NCBI RefSeq assembly: GCF_003334785.1
Contig: NZ_QOWV01000002.1
Length of the DNA: 64,000 nt
Source: Escherichia coli
Lineage (GTDB): Bacteria; Pseudomonadota; Gammaproteobacteria; Enterobacterales; Enterobacteriaceae
Reading direction: 5' to 3' (one strand)
A program made the translations under genes and the position numbers. Every line of letters begins with the position of its first letter. Position 1 is the first letter of the stretch. A model generated the notes under the pieces. That model did no database searches and had not been told where the DNA came from. It saw nothing but the letters and a program-made list of their open reading frames with translations. This document shows positions 37,191-48,525 of this stretch, one piece after another.

Positions 37191-37202
37191 TGAGCACTCA
37201 GC

Positions 37203-37403
37203 TTACTTCTTCGGTTGATCCTTTTTCGGCCAGTCGTCGTCATCGTCCCACTTATCGTTGAAATCACGATGCGGGGGAAGCTCCGGCTTGTTGGCGAGAA
37301 ATTTCTTATGGTCGACGCGCTTGAGATCTTTAATCACGTTCAGCAGGACGCCTACCAAAAAGACAATCACCAGAATCCACCAATATTTAGCCAGCCAGTC
37401 CAT
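37203..37403 (-). CDS. ypfN: Small membrane protein YpfN (66 aa)
   Basis: [23 protein letters not shown] single TM helix followed by a charged tail ([14 protein letters not shown]); the ORF track is extended by 8 codons. Confidence 0.75.
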
Positions 37404-37430
37404 GCTTATTTCCTCTTGCAGAACCACTCA

Positions 37431-38558
37431 TCAGGCGACGAGCTGTTCCATGATACGTTGATACATACGGGCAAGTAGCTGCAGGTCGGCAGCGTTCACA
37501 CATTCATTAATTTTATGAATAGTGGCATTGACCGGCCCGAGTTCCACCACCTGCGCCCCCATGCGGGCAATAAAGCGCCCGTCGGACGTTCCGCCTGTGG
37601 TCAGTAGCTGCGGTTTAATTTCATTATAGTGCTCAACCGCGTTAACGACCGCATCCACCAGTTTACCGCGCGCGGTCAAAAATGGCTGCCCGGAAAGCCA
37701 CCAATCCACCGTATAGCGCAGTTGATGTTTTTCAAGCAGGGCAAGCACCTGCGCTTTGATCATCTCATCAGTCAGTTCGGTGCTGAAGCGGAAGTTAAAC
37801 TGCACAAACAGTTCACCCGGAATAACGTTGTTACTGCCCGTTCCCGCCTGAATATTGGCAATCTGCATACTGGTCGCCGGGAAGAATTCATTGCCCTGAT
37901 CCCACTCAATAGCCACTAATTCATTAAGGAAAGGTGCTGCGCGATGTACCGGATTGTCAGCCAGATGTGGGTAGGCAACATGCCCCTGAACGCCATGAAT
38001 GGTAAGGTTGCAGGTTAATGATCCGCGACGACCATTTTTCACCACATCACCTACCACTTCGATACTCGACGGTTCGCCAACCAGGCAGTAATCGAGACGC
38101 TCATTACGTGCCATTAACGCTTCGACGACTTTTACCGTACCGTTGTGGGCACTGGCTTCTTCATCAGAGGTGATCAGAAATGCCAGTCGCCCCGTATGGT
38201 TGGGATGTTGTGCGACAAAACGTTCTGCCGCCACCACCATCGCCGCCAGCGAGCCTTTCATATCTGCCGCACCGCGCCCGAATAACATGCCGTCACGAAT
38301 GGTGGGTTCAAACGGGGGATTGATCCAACGATCGGCGTCGCCAGGCGGCACCACGTCGGTATGCCCGGCAAAGGCTAACGTTTCACCCTGCCCACGCCAT
38401 GCCCAAAAATTCTGCGTATCGGCAAAGTCCATGCGTTCAACGGTAAAACCGATCGCCTGCAAACGTTCAATCAACAAAGCCTGGCATCCTGCATCATCAG
38501 GACTCAGGGAAGGGCGGCGAATAAGCTGTTGTGTCAGCTCAATAACCGGGCACGACAT
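37431..38558 (-). CDS. dapE: Succinyl-diaminopimelate desuccinylase (M20 peptidase)
   Basis: 375 aa; M20 family metal-binding motifs ([15 protein letters not shown]). Confidence 0.93.
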
Positions 38559-38561
38559 AGA

Positions 38562-38936
<375 letters not shown>

Positions 38937-39298
38937 TTATGAGAATAAATACTCATTTAAGGGTGAAAACATTTTGCCTGCAAATGATTATCAGGAAATA
39001 TAACATTATCGAAGTATTCAAATTAACAACTATTAAATAATATTAAACATTTTTAACGTAAACATTAAGAATATTCATCTTGTTATCTGTCTGTATTTTA
39101 ACCAGAATTAAATCAGTATTAGATGCCGTATGAATATCTCGAAATGTTGCTGTGTATCACATACAAATCATCACCGCAGGACCATAGTATTTACATAAGA
39201 TTTGTCCCCCGGAGGTAGTCATCGCAGCAATCGAGTAAATTAGCTTCACCACGGTATATTGTTTCCGTAGAATACCCATAATTATAAGAGAGGTTGTT

Positions 39299-39358
39299 AT
39301 GATTGAACGTGAACTGGGGAACTGGAAAGACTTTATCGAAGTTATGCTTCGTAAGTAA
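39299..39358 (+). CDS. ypfM: Very small protein YpfM (19 aa)
   Basis: atg att gaa cgt gaa ctg ggg aac tgg aaa gac ttt atc gaa gtt atg ctt cgt aag taa translates to MIERELGNWKDFIEVMLRK; AGAGAGG RBS 6 nt upstream; followed by hairpin terminators; absent from the ORF track because it is under 60 aa. Confidence 0.75.
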   Translation: MIERELGNWKDFIEVMLRK

Positions 39359-39419
39359 TTCCTGAGACAAAGTACAAACAGCAAGAACCCGCTGAGCAGG
39401 TTCTTAATCGGAAAGTTGA

Positions 39420-39452
39420 AAAAGGCGACACATTGGCATGTCGCCTTTTTTA
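39420..39452. terminator. Bidirectional rho-independent terminator between ypfM and the acrD 3' end
   Basis: GGCGACA-cattggca-TGTCGCC followed by TTTTTT on the plus strand, with an A-run on the other side. Confidence 0.65.
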
Positions 39453-39456
39453 TTGC

Positions 39457-42400
39457 TTATTCCGGGCGCGGCTTCAGCGGGAAGCGGCGGCGCACCAGCA
39501 CAAAGAACAGCGGCACGAAGTAAATAGCCAGAATAGTGGCCGAAATCATCCCGCCCATTACGCCAGTACCCACCGCATGCTGACCACCGGAACCGGCACC
39601 CGTGCTGGTTGCCATTGGCAATACGCCGAAGATAAATGCCAGCGAGGTCATCAGAATCGGGCGTAAACGCTGACGGCAGGCGTGGAGCGTCGCTTCAAAC
39701 AGGTCGTGGCCTTTTTGGTTCATCTCGTTAGCAAACTCGACGATCAGGATGGCGTTTTTCGCCGATAAACCAATGACCGTTAACAGGCCCACCTGGAAGT
39801 AAACGTCGTTTTCCAGCCCGCGCATCCAGGTTGCCAGCAGCGCGCCGATTACCCCCAGCGGCACGACCAGCATTACCGAGAACGGCACCGACCAGCTTTC
39901 ATACAACGCAGCCAGACACAGGAATACCACCAGCAAGGAAATGGCGTACAGCGCCGGAGCCTGCGCGCCGGAAAGCCGCTCCTGATACGACATCGCCGTC
40001 CACTCCAGACCAAAGCCGTTTGGCAGCTGCTTCACTAACGATTCCATAATATCCATCGCCGTACCGGTACTGACCCCCGGTGCGGCTTCCCCAACAATCT
40101 CAACCGCAGAATAACCGTTATAGCGTTCCAGACGCGGCGAGCCTGTTTCCCAGCGTGAGGTCGCGAAAGCAGAGAAGGGCACCATGCCGCCATCTTTATT
40201 TCGGACATACCAGAGATTGATGTCATCTGGCAGCATGCGATACGGCGCAGCTGCCTGCACATAGACTTTCTTCACGCGACCGCGATCCATAAAGTCATTC
40301 ACATAGCTCGAACCCCAGGCGGTTTGCAGTGTGTCGTTAATATCGTCGATAGCAACGCCCAGCGCCTGAGCTTTACGCTGGTCGATATCAATCTGCAACT
40401 GCGGACTGTCGTCGAGGCCGTTATGGCGCACACGGGTTAGCTCCGGGTTTTCCGCCGCCAGCGCCAGCAACTGATTACGTGCTGCCATCAGCGCATCGTG
40501 ACCCGCTCCAGCGTGGTCCTGCAACTCCATATCAAAACCTGCAGAACTACCAAGACCGCTAATTGCTGGCGGGCTGCTGGCGATAACGCGAGCTTCTTTA
40601 ATTTGGTTAAACGCCTTCGTTGCACGCTCGATAATGGCAAACGAGGTGCCGGTCTTACTGTCGCGTTCGCTCCAGTCTTTCAGGCGGATAAACATTCGCG
40701 CCACGTTTTGCCCGTTACCCCCAGGGCCAGAACCAACGGTGGCAAACACCGACATGATGTTGTCTTTTTCATGGGTGAAGTAGTATTTCTCGATTTGCTC
40801 AACGACTTTCAGGGTCTGTTGTTGCGTTGAACCGCTGGGCAACTGTACCGAGGTAGTAAACATGCCACGGTCTTCCAGCGGTAAGAACGACGTCGGCAAA
40901 CGCAGGAACAGGAACACCATGCCGCCAAGCAGCAGGACATAAATCACAATCCAGCGCAGGCTACGGTGGAGAATTTTCGCCACCCCTTTTTCGTAGCGTT
41001 CGGCGTTGCGGTTAAACATCTGGTTAAACCAGGCAAAAAAGCCTTTTTGCCCATGATGCTCACCTTTTTTCAGTGGCTTAAGTAGTGTGGCACACAGAGC
41101 CGGAGTGAGGATCATCGCTACCAGTACTGACAGCACCATCGCCGCAACAATGGTAATAGAGAACTGGCGATAGATGGCACCGGTGGTGCCGCCGAAGAAG
41201 GCCATTGGTACAAATACCGCCGAAAGAACCATCGCAATCCCGACCAGTGCCCCCTGGATCTGCCCCATCGATTTACGTGTGGCTTCGCGAGGAGTGAGTC
41301 CTTCCTCACTCATAATACGTTCGACGTTTTCCACCACCACGATGGCGTCATCCACCAGCAGACCGATCGCCAGCACCATCGCGAACATGGTTAAGGTGTT
41401 GACGCTGTAACCGAAGGCGTAAAGTACGGAGAAGGTTCCCATCAACACCACCGGCACGGCGATAGTGGGTATCAGCGTGGCGCGGAAGTTTTGCAGGAAC
41501 AGATACATAACGAGGAAAACCAGAGCGATAGCTTCCAGCAGCGTTTTCACCACGTCTTCAATGGAGGCTTTAACAAACGAGGTGGTTTCATACGCCACCT
41601 TGTATTCCAGTCCATGCGGGAAATACTGCGCCAGCTCGTCGAGACGATTGAGCACCAGCTCCGCTGTCGCCATTTCGTTAGCGCCGGAGGCCAGTTTTAC
41701 CCCCAGCCCGGAGGCTGGCTTACCATTGAAGCGGCTAAGATAATCGTATTTCTCCGCCCCCATTTCGACGGTGGCGACATCGCCCAGCCTTACCTCTGAG
41801 CCGTCCTGATTGACCCGCAAGGTGATATCGCGGAACTGTTCTGGTGTTTGCAGCAGTGACTGGGCGTTAATGGTGGCGTTGAGCGCCTGCTTATCGACGG
41901 AAGGTGTACCACCAAGTTGCCCAACCGCAATCTGCGCGTTCTGTGACTCAATGGCATCAGTGACATCTTTAGCCGTCATCTGGAAACTGTTGAGTTTCGC
42001 CGGGTCCAGCCAGATACGCATGGAATATTGCGAACCATAGGCATCGATATCCCCGACGCCATTCACGCGGCTTAACGGGTCCTGAATATTACTGGCAACA
42101 TAATCAGCAATATCCTGTTTATCCATCGAACCATCGGTAGAGACGAAGGCAATGGTCAGAATGTTGGTATCGCCGGTTTTACGCACCGTCACGCCCTGAT
42201 TTTGCACCGCCTGCGGTAACTTTCGCATGGCTGATTGCAGCTGGTTTTGTACTTGCTGCACGGCTTCGTCCGGATCGGTGCCTGCTTTAAAACTTAAAGT
42301 GACAGATGCCTGACCGGTGCCACTGCTCTGAGATGACATATACATGAGATTATCGAGGCCGGTCATATTTTGCTCGATAACCTGGGTCACGGTGTTTTCC

Positions 42401-42570
42401 AGCGTCTGGGCCGATGCGCCGGGATAGTTAGCGGTCACTCGCACATTCGGTGGCGCGAGATCGGGGTATTGTTCAACGGGCAATGAAAAAATCGCCAGGG
42501 TACCTGTCAGACACAACAGGATTGCCAGCACCCAGGCAAAAATGGGGCGATCAATAAAGAAATTCGCCAT
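39457..42570 (-). CDS. acrD: RND aminoglycoside/multidrug efflux pump AcrD
   Basis: 1037 aa RND transporter with 12 TM segments and two large periplasmic loops; N-terminus [23 protein letters not shown]. Confidence 0.93.
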   Translation of the reverse strand: MANFFIDRPIFAWVLAILLCLTGTLAIFSLPVEQYPDLAPPNVRVTANYPGASAQTLENTVTQVIEQNMTGLDNLMYMSSQSSGTGQASVTLSFKAGTDPDEAVQQVQNQLQSAMRKLPQAVQNQGVTVRKTGDTNILTIAFVSTDGSMDKQDIADYVASNIQDPLSRVNGVGDIDAYGSQYSMRIWLDPAKLNSFQMTAKDVTDAIESQNAQIAVGQLGGTPSVDKQALNATINAQSLLQTPEQFRDITLRVNQDGSEVRLGDVATVEMGAEKYDYLSRFNGKPASGLGVKLASGANEMATAELVLNRLDELAQYFPHGLEYKVAYETTSFVKASIEDVVKTLLEAIALVFLVMYLFLQNFRATLIPTIAVPVVLMGTFSVLYAFGYSVNTLTMFAMVLAIGLLVDDAIVVVENVERIMSEEGLTPREATRKSMGQIQGALVGIAMVLSAVFVPMAFFGGTTGAIYRQFSITIVAAMVLSVLVAMILTPALCATLLKPLKKGEHHGQKGFFAWFNQMFNRNAERYEKGVAKILHRSLRWIVIYVLLLGGMVFLFLRLPTSFLPLEDRGMFTTSVQLPSGSTQQQTLKVVEQIEKYYFTHEKDNIMSVFATVGSGPGGNGQNVARMFIRLKDWSERDSKTGTSFAIIERATKAFNQIKEARVIASSPPAISGLGSSAGFDMELQDHAGAGHDALMAARNQLLALAAENPELTRVRHNGLDDSPQLQIDIDQRKAQALGVAIDDINDTLQTAWGSSYVNDFMDRGRVKKVYVQAAAPYRMLPDDINLWYVRNKDGGMVPFSAFATSRWETGSPRLERYNGYSAVEIVGEAAPGVSTGTAMDIMESLVKQLPNGFGLEWTAMSYQERLSGAQAPALYAISLLVVFLCLAALYESWSVPFSVMLVVPLGVIGALLATWMRGLENDVYFQVGLLTVIGLSAKNAILIVEFANEMNQKGHDLFEATLHACRQRLRPILMTSLAFIFGVLPMATSTGAGSGGQHAVGTGVMGGMISATILAIYFVPLFFVLVRRRFPLKPRPE

Positions 42571-42733
42571 TAAAAGAGGACCTCGTGTTTCTGCGTATCG
42601 TTGTAGGCTTGACTTGCTTCACTGTAGCGGCAAGGTACGAGCCAATCGTGGAGAAAAAAAGGAGTTAATGTAAATTATCATGCCCTTTTATACTGAACCT
42701 TAAGTGCAAGTATTCTTTGGTCAGTAGGAGGCA

Positions 42734-44434
42734 TTACATTAACTGACTTTCCTCACCCTCCGCAGAGCGAAAGCTAATACTCACTAACGTGCCGCCGCCG
42801 GAAGGTTGTGAAAAAGTCAGCGTCCCACCTAGCCGTTCCGCGCGTTCGCGCATGATATTCAGACCATAATGACCTTCGGGTTCTTTCGGTTCACCGATAC
42901 CAATCCCGTTATCACGGATATAAACCGTGTGATTGCCGTCCGGCGCGGTGACGCAACTGACGGCGATTTCGCTGGCGTTGGCGTGCTTCATCGCATTCAG
43001 CACCGCTTCGCGAATAATTTGCAACAAATGCACCTGCATTTGCGCATCCAGTGCCAGGGTTGGCAGACGGCAGTCGAGGGTCAGTTTGGCGCTGGTTTGA
43101 TTTTGTAACGTATCCAGCATTTCCCTCAATGCGGAGGGGAGATCCGCCTGCTGCAGCGTCAGGCGGAAAGTAGTCAACAGCTCGCGTAACTGCCGATAAG
43201 CATCATTCAACGCCTGGGAAAAATCGGCCATGATACTTTGTGCGGTGGCGTTATCTTCCGGTATCGAACGCTTCAGTAACGTCAACTGGATACGTAAGTA
43301 AGAAAGTACCTGAGCCAGCGAGTCGTGCAATTCGCGGGCGATGGTCGCACGTTCTTCCATCAACAATAATTGCTGAAAATGCTTCTGCGCCTGATTAAAG
43401 TACAAACCGCGTCCCAGCATCGACGAAACGCTGTTAAGCAGCGGTTCTGATGATGAAACGTGACTATTTTGCCAGTGCAGTTCGCCGTAAACCGTCTCTT
43501 GCATTGTCACCGGTAAAATCTGCATCGGCAATTCCGGGTTTGGTTGCCCTTCGCTAATCCGCCAGTTTTCACCGACATTTAACTCCAGATATTCAGCCGC
43601 TTCATTGTCGCGAACAATCTGCAAAATATGGCGGAAACAATGCACATCAATCTGGCTAGTGTTCAGCGCCTGCGAACACTGATACAACACCTCCAGACGA
43701 CGCTTGGCCTCGTGGAGATCGCGGGTCTTTTCTTCTACTGACGCTTCCAGCGAACGGTACAATTTATGCAGCTCGCTCGACATCTGGTTAAAGGTTTTTG
43801 CAAGCAGACCAAGCTCATTCGGCAGGTTGGTATCCAGCGGCGGCGAGTCGAACTGCCCGTGTTCAATACGCTGACTGGCGGTAACCAGCTGATTCAGCGG
43901 GGCAACCACCTGATGGCGTATGCGGCGCAAAGTAAAAAAGACCAGCGTGAAAATACCGATGCCGCCAGCCAGGGAAATCGCCACCACCAGCAGCATTTTG
44001 CGTTCAGCGTAGTGCTGTAAAGCCAGTACGAACAGGTCTATCTGATTAACATAATTATTAATATTGGCCTGATACCACGGCAAATCGCCCTTGCTGAGCC
44101 GATTATTCATCTCCAGCCAGTTGGCATTCAGATGCGCATAGCGAGTTTTTACTGCTTCTGGCACATACCAGACGTTGAGGTTGGTTAATACCGGTGAATG
44201 CAGTGCCTGCTGAAATAACTGGCGATGTGCATTGAGTTGTGGACTGCCACTTTGCAAGTCGTAGCCCAGGCGGTAACTCTGCATACGCAGCGATCCGGCA
44301 ATATTGATAGCCTCAGCGTCGCGCAAACTGCTCGCCAGAGTTAGCAGAGCGATACCCGTGGAAAGAATCGACAGCAGCACAATGTAAAAAAAGGCCCGGG
44401 CCAGACTGGCCGAGACGGGTCGTTTAACAATCAC
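42734..44434 (-). CDS. narQ: Nitrate/nitrite sensor histidine kinase NarQ
   Basis: HAMP domain, H-box (LHDSLAQ), HATPase region (IRDNGIGIG); remembered start MIVKRPVSASLARAFFYIV = second in-frame GTG (566 aa); the ORF track begins 5 codons upstream at another GTG. Confidence 0.88.
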   Translation of the reverse strand: MIVKRPVSASLARAFFYIVLLSILSTGIALLTLASSLRDAEAINIAGSLRMQSYRLGYDLQSGSPQLNAHRQLFQQALHSPVLTNLNVWYVPEAVKTRYAHLNANWLEMNNRLSKGDLPWYQANINNYVNQIDLFVLALQHYAERKMLLVVAISLAGGIGIFTLVFFTLRRIRHQVVAPLNQLVTASQRIEHGQFDSPPLDTNLPNELGLLAKTFNQMSSELHKLYRSLEASVEEKTRDLHEAKRRLEVLYQCSQALNTSQIDVHCFRHILQIVRDNEAAEYLELNVGENWRISEGQPNPELPMQILPVTMQETVYGELHWQNSHVSSSEPLLNSVSSMLGRGLYFNQAQKHFQQLLLMEERATIARELHDSLAQVLSYLRIQLTLLKRSIPEDNATAQSIMADFSQALNDAYRQLRELLTTFRLTLQQADLPSALREMLDTLQNQTSAKLTLDCRLPTLALDAQMQVHLLQIIREAVLNAMKHANASEIAVSCVTAPDGNHTVYIRDNGIGIGEPKEPEGHYGLNIMRERAERLGGTLTFSQPSGGGTLVSISFRSAEGEESQLM

Positions 44435-44639
44435 ACGCGTCTTCTCCACAAAAAATCATTAATGTTCCAGTTCGCTGAAACGCAATTTAGTCAGTGATGG
44501 GATTATTTGATCTGCCACAGTTTATAGCGAAATAGTTACTTATTCTGGGCACATGAACATTGCCGATTCCCCTGTAAGTCGGGTAATAACAACACTCATA
44601 TAAAGAATAAGGTTTTTACAACCAAAAAAGAAGGTCGTT

Positions 44640-46619
44640 ATGAATCGTTTTATTATGGCCAACAGTCAGCAATGTCTGGGTTGTCATGCTTGTGAAATCG
44701 CCTGTGTCATGGCTCACAATGATGAGCAACATGTCCTGAGCCAACACCATTTTCATCCCCGAATTACGGTTATCAAACATCAACAGCAACGTAGTGCAGT
44801 GACCTGTCACCATTGTGAAGATGCGCCCTGCGCCCGTAGCTGCCCTAATGGCGCAATCAGCCACGTTGATGACAGCATTCAGGTCAATCAGCAAAAGTGT
44901 ATTGGCTGTAAATCCTGCGTGGTGGCCTGTCCTTTTGGTACGATGCAAATCGTCCTGACACCCGTCGCGGCAGGAAAAGTAAAAGCCACGGCGCATAAAT
45001 GCGACCTTTGTGCGGGGCGCGAAAACGGTCCTGCCTGTGTTGAGAATTGCCCGGCGGACGCGCTGCAACTGGTCACTGACGTCGCACTCTCCGGCATGGC
45101 GAAATCCCGCCGCTTGCGCACCGCGCGTCAGGAACATCAACCGTGGCATGCCAGTACCGCGGCGCAAGAAATGCCGGTAATGAGTAAAGTCGAACAAATG
45201 CAGGCAACGCCCGCGCGTGGCGAGCCGGATAAACTGGCGATTGAAGCGCGCAAAACCGGTTTTGATGAAATTTATCTGCCATTTCGCGCCGACCAGGCAC
45301 AACGGGAAGCCTCGCGCTGCCTTAAGTGCGGCGAGCACAGCGTTTGTGAATGGACCTGCCCGCTGCATAACCATATACCGCAGTGGATTGAACTGGTGAA
45401 AGCCGGAAACATCGACGCCGCCGTCGAGCTTTCTCACCAGACCAACACCCTGCCGGAAATTACCGGACGCGTTTGTCCGCAAGACCGTTTGTGTGAAGGT
45501 GCCTGTACTATTCGCGATGAGCACGGCGCGGTAACTATCGGCAACATTGAACGCTACATTTCAGATCAGGCGTTGGCGAAAGGTTGGCGTCCTGACTTAA
45601 GCCATGTCACCAAAGTGGACAAGCGGGTGGCGATTATCGGTGCAGGTCCGGCAGGGCTGGCCTGTGCGGATGTTCTGACCCGCAATGGCGTGGGGGTGAC
45701 GGTGTACGATCGCCATCCAGAAATCGGTGGCTTGCTCACTTTCGGCATTCCTTCTTTCAAACTGGATAAATCCCTGCTGGCACGCCGTCGGGAAATCTTC
45801 AGCGCGATGGGGATTCACTTCGAACTCAATTGTGAAGTGGGTAAAGATGTCTCTTTGGATTCGCTTTTGGAACAATACGACGCGGTCTTCGTTGGCGTAG
45901 GCACTTACCGTTCCATGAAAGCGGGTTTACCCAATGAAGATGCGCCGGGCGTTTATGACGCGCTGCCGTTCCTCATTGCCAACACTAAACAGGTGATGGG
46001 GCTCGAAGAGCTACCGGAAGAGCCGTTTATCAATACCGCCGGACTTAACGTCGTGGTACTGGGCGGCGGCGACACCGCGATGGACTGTGTGCGTACCGCA
46101 CTGCGCCACGGCGCGAGTAACGTCACCTGCGCTTATCGTCGTGATGAAGCTAACATGCCAGGCTCGAAGAAAGAAGTGAAGAACGCCCGCGAAGAGGGGG
46201 CCAACTTCGAATTTAACGTCCAGCCGGTGGCGCTTGAGCTGAATGAACAAGGTCACGTCTGCGGGATTCGTTTCCTGCGCACGCGTCTTGGAGAGCCGGA
46301 TGCCCAGGGGCGTCGGCGTCCAGTGCCGGTGGAAGGCAGTGAATTTGTCATGCCAGCCGACGCGGTGATTATGGCGTTTGGCTTCAATCCGCACGGGATG
46401 CCGTGGCTGGAGTCGCACGGTGTAACGGTAGACAAATGGGGCCGCATCATCGCGGATGTGGAAAGCCAGTACCGTTACCAGACCACCAATCCGAAAATCT
46501 TCGCTGGTGGTGACGCCGTGCGTGGTGCGGATCTGGTGGTTACCGCAATGGCAGAAGGACGTCATGCGGCACAGGGGATTATTGACTGGCTGGGGGTAAA
46601 ATCAGTCAAATCTCACTGA
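44640..46619 (+). CDS. aegA: Anaerobically expressed Fe-S/FAD oxidoreductase AegA (N-terminal ferredoxin domain fused to a GltD-like domain)
   Basis: 659 aa; multiple CxxCxxCxxxCP clusters at the N-terminus; dinucleotide-binding GxGxxG motifs (IIGAGPAGLA, VVLGGGDTA). Confidence 0.88.
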   Translation: MNRFIMANSQQCLGCHACEIACVMAHNDEQHVLSQHHFHPRITVIKHQQQRSAVTCHHCEDAPCARSCPNGAISHVDDSIQVNQQKCIGCKSCVVACPFGTMQIVLTPVAAGKVKATAHKCDLCAGRENGPACVENCPADALQLVTDVALSGMAKSRRLRTARQEHQPWHASTAAQEMPVMSKVEQMQATPARGEPDKLAIEARKTGFDEIYLPFRADQAQREASRCLKCGEHSVCEWTCPLHNHIPQWIELVKAGNIDAAVELSHQTNTLPEITGRVCPQDRLCEGACTIRDEHGAVTIGNIERYISDQALAKGWRPDLSHVTKVDKRVAIIGAGPAGLACADVLTRNGVGVTVYDRHPEIGGLLTFGIPSFKLDKSLLARRREIFSAMGIHFELNCEVGKDVSLDSLLEQYDAVFVGVGTYRSMKAGLPNEDAPGVYDALPFLIANTKQVMGLEELPEEPFINTAGLNVVVLGGGDTAMDCVRTALRHGASNVTCAYRRDEANMPGSKKEVKNAREEGANFEFNVQPVALELNEQGHVCGIRFLRTRLGEPDAQGRRRPVPVEGSEFVMPADAVIMAFGFNPHGMPWLESHGVTVDKWGRIIADVESQYRYQTTNPKIFAGGDAVRGADLVVTAMAEGRHAAQGIIDWLGVKSVKSH

Positions 46620-46686
46620 TAGCCTGCGCAGACAAACCCGACTTCACAGCGTAAGATAATTGTTCATTTCGCGCTGTGGAGTCGGT

Positions 46687-47262
46687 ATGACGCAACAAAT
46701 CACCCTCATTAAAGACAAAATTCTCTCCGATAACTATTTCACCCTGCACAACATTACTTACGATCTCACGCGCAAAGACGGCGAAGTTATCCGCCATAAA
46801 CGTGAAGTGTACGATCGCGGCAATGGTGCGACGATCCTCCTGTACAACACGAAGAAAAAGACCGTGGTTCTGATTCGTCAGTTCCGTGTCGCTACCTGGG
46901 TTAATGGCAATGAAAGCGGGCAGCTGATTGAAAGCTGCGCCGGGCTGCTGGATAACGACGAACCGGAAGTGTGTATTCGCAAAGAAGCGATTGAAGAGAC
47001 GGGCTATGAAGTGGGTGAAGTGCGCAAATTATTTGAACTGTATATGTCGCCAGGCGGTGTGACTGAGCTAATCCACTTTTTTATCGCCGAATACAGTGAC
47101 AATCAGCGCGCTAACGCCGGTGGCGGTGTCGAAGATGAAGATATTGAAGTGCTCGAGCTGCCGTTCAGCCAGGCGCTGGAGATGATCAAAACCGGCGAGA
47201 TACGTGACGGTAAGACGGTGTTATTGCTTAACTATTTGCAAACGTCACATTTAATGGACTGA
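46687..47262 (+). CDS. nudK: GDP-mannose pyrophosphatase NudK (Nudix hydrolase)
   Basis: 191 aa from [13 protein letters not shown]; Nudix box ([22 protein letters not shown]). Confidence 0.88.
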   Translation: MTQQITLIKDKILSDNYFTLHNITYDLTRKDGEVIRHKREVYDRGNGATILLYNTKKKTVVLIRQFRVATWVNGNESGQLIESCAGLLDNDEPEVCIRKEAIEETGYEVGEVRKLFELYMSPGGVTELIHFFIAEYSDNQRANAGGGVEDEDIEVLELPFSQALEMIKTGEIRDGKTVLLLNYLQTSHLMD

Positions 47263-47387
47263 AAAATAACAATAATATTTCGTTGTTTATTATTGGCTCA
47301 ATCCGACAAATCCGATTGAGCCGCGCTACCTGCGCAACGAAGATACGACTTGTGCTGTTTGTTTGAACTTCTGGGGTCGTACCGTCC

Positions 47388-48431
47388 ATGCGCTATCGCA
47401 TTTTCCTTCTCTTTTTTTTCGCTTTGTTGCCGACGTCTTTGGTGTGGGCGGCACCAGCGCAACGGGCGTTTTCCGACTGGCAGGTCACCTGTAATAACCA
47501 AAATTTCTGCGTGGCGCGTAATACGGGCGATCATAATGGACTGGTGATGACCCTGAGCCGCAGCGCCGGGGCGCATACCGATGCCGTTTTACGTATTGAG
47601 CGCGGCGGATTGAAGTCGCCGGAGGCGTCAGAAGGGGAGATAGCGCCACGGCTGCTGTTAGATGGCGAGCCGTTGGCGTTAAGTGGTGACAAGTGGCGGA
47701 TTTCACCATGGTTATTAGTAACCGATGATACGGCAACCATCACCGCGTTTTTGCAGATGATTCAGGAAGGGAAGGCAATCACCTTACGCGATGGCGATCA
47801 GACCATTTCTCTGAGTGGCTTAAAAGCAGCGTTGTTGTTTATTGATGCTCAGCAAAAGCGCGTTGGCAGTGAAACCGCGTGGATCAAGAAAGGGGACGAA
47901 CCGCCGCTCAGCGTACCGCCCGCGCCTGCGCTGAAAGAGGTCGCGGTGGTTAACCCAACGCCGACGCCACTCTCACTCGAAGAACGCAACGATTTGCTGG
48001 ATTATGGAAACTGGCGGATGAATGGTCTGCGCTGCTCGCTTGATCCATTGCGTCGTGAGGTGAATGTCACTGCGCTGACTGATGATAAAGCGCTGATGAT
48101 GATTAGCTGTGAGGCAGGGGCCTATAACACCATTGATTTGGCATGGATTGTGTCGCGTAAAAAGCCACTAGCTTCGCGCCCGGTTCGGTTGCGTTTGCCG
48201 TTCAACAACGGTCAGGAGACGAATGAACTGGAACTGATGAACGCAACATTTGATGAGAAATCGCGTGAACTGGTGACCTTAGCGAAAGGGCGCGGATTAA
48301 GCGATTGTGGCATTCAGGCGCGCTGGCGCTTTGACGGTCAGCGTTTTCGCCTGGTGCGTTACGCCGCAGAACCCACCTGCGATAACTGGCATGGGCCAGA
48401 CGCCTGGCCCACGTTGTGGATCACCCGTTAA
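47388..48431 (+). CDS. ypfG: Periplasmic DUF1176 protein YpfG
   Basis: 347 aa; cleavable signal peptide (MRYRIFLLFFFALLPTSLVWAAPAQ). Confidence 0.8.
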   Translation: MRYRIFLLFFFALLPTSLVWAAPAQRAFSDWQVTCNNQNFCVARNTGDHNGLVMTLSRSAGAHTDAVLRIERGGLKSPEASEGEIAPRLLLDGEPLALSGDKWRISPWLLVTDDTATITAFLQMIQEGKAITLRDGDQTISLSGLKAALLFIDAQQKRVGSETAWIKKGDEPPLSVPPAPALKEVAVVNPTPTPLSLEERNDLLDYGNWRMNGLRCSLDPLRREVNVTALTDDKALMMISCEAGAYNTIDLAWIVSRKKPLASRPVRLRLPFNNGQETNELELMNATFDEKSRELVTLAKGRGLSDCGIQARWRFDGQRFRLVRYAAEPTCDNWHGPDAWPTLWITR

Positions 48432-48445
48432 ACAAAATGGCGGGA

Positions 48446-48520
48446 CATGTAGGCCGGATAAGACGCTGTAGGCCGGATAAGACGCGTCAGCGTCGCATCC
48501 GGCAATCAGCATCCGGCAAT
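48446..48520. repeat. REP/BIME cluster between ypfG and the tktB 3' end
   Basis: GTAGGCCGGATAAGACGC occurs twice in tandem, followed by CGTCGCATCCGGCAATCAGCATCCGGCAAT. Confidence 0.8.
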
Positions 48521-48525
48521 CACCA

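Noticed and set aside
44616-45524. 302-aa minus-strand ORF antisense to aegA and its upstream region
   Set aside because: Overlaps the aegA Fe-S domain on the opposite strand; no motifs; the aegA frame carries the conserved Cys clusters.
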